A stretch of 32,280 nucleotides of DNA from an uncultured virus (IMG/VR IMGVR_UViG_3300027971_000002) (Duplodnaviria > Heunggongvirae > Uroviricota > Caudoviricetes), in IMG/VR virus record IMGVR_UViG_3300027971_000002. One strand, given 5' to 3'. Shown piece after piece: positions 32,197 to 32,280 of the stretch. Position 1 is the first letter of the stretch; every line of letters begins with the position of its first letter. A model generated the notes under the pieces. That model ran no database searches and had not been told where the DNA came from. It saw nothing but the letters and a program-made list of their open reading frames with translations. A program made the translations under genes and the position numbers.

Positions 32197-32233
32197 GAGC
32201 CGGGGGGCGAAAGCCTCCCGGTTCTTTTTTTTT
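32197..32233 (+). terminator. Intrinsic terminator
   Basis: GAGCCGGGGGGC-GAAA-GCCTCCCGGTTC followed by T9. Confidence 0.9.
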
Positions 32234-32280
32234 AGGGATGCCAAATACTCATTTACCCAATGCCTCTGCCAATGTTTGTG

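Noticed and set aside
1..32280. tRNA or rRNA genes, integrase, transposase
   Set aside because: None recognised by eye; intergenic gaps are short and explained by promoters and terminators. A tRNAscan-SE or Infernal run would be needed to exclude them.

Overview
This window is part of a tailed dsDNA phage genome (Caudoviricetes), probably infecting an actinobacterium. The host inference rests on an actinobacterial-type small Cys/His protein, a PASTA-like domain, holin and membrane protein types, and Crp/GlxR-type boxes. Positions 1-30713 are an almost uninterrupted minus-strand late region. In transcription order it holds many small low-complexity proteins and an HNH-like protein; a membrane/lysis cluster (Pro-rich surface protein, lipoprotein, CHAP endolysin); a lone plus-strand lytic transglycosylase; a holin-like protein, KTSC protein, terminase, portal, scaffold, major capsid and head-tail adaptor; and a chain of fibre proteins. 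The fibre chain ends in an FN3 protein with a 46-aa Pro/Phe repeat, followed by alternating prolyl-hydroxylase-like 2OG-Fe(II) oxygenases and DUF6065-like genes. From about 30830 the strand switches to plus-strand, early-type expression cassettes. The four most notable signals are: (1) a candidate virion-fibre modification system (PFF repeat plus oxygenase cassette); (2) repeated early cassettes with three perfect TGTGA-N6-TCACA boxes, a shared promoter core and a structure-conserved 5' hairpin; (3) a RecA N-terminal helix mimic fused to an unrelated domain; (4) a probable small RNA or attenuator with an anti-SD-like loop ahead of the terminase. All family assignments come from motif recognition by eye, not database searches.
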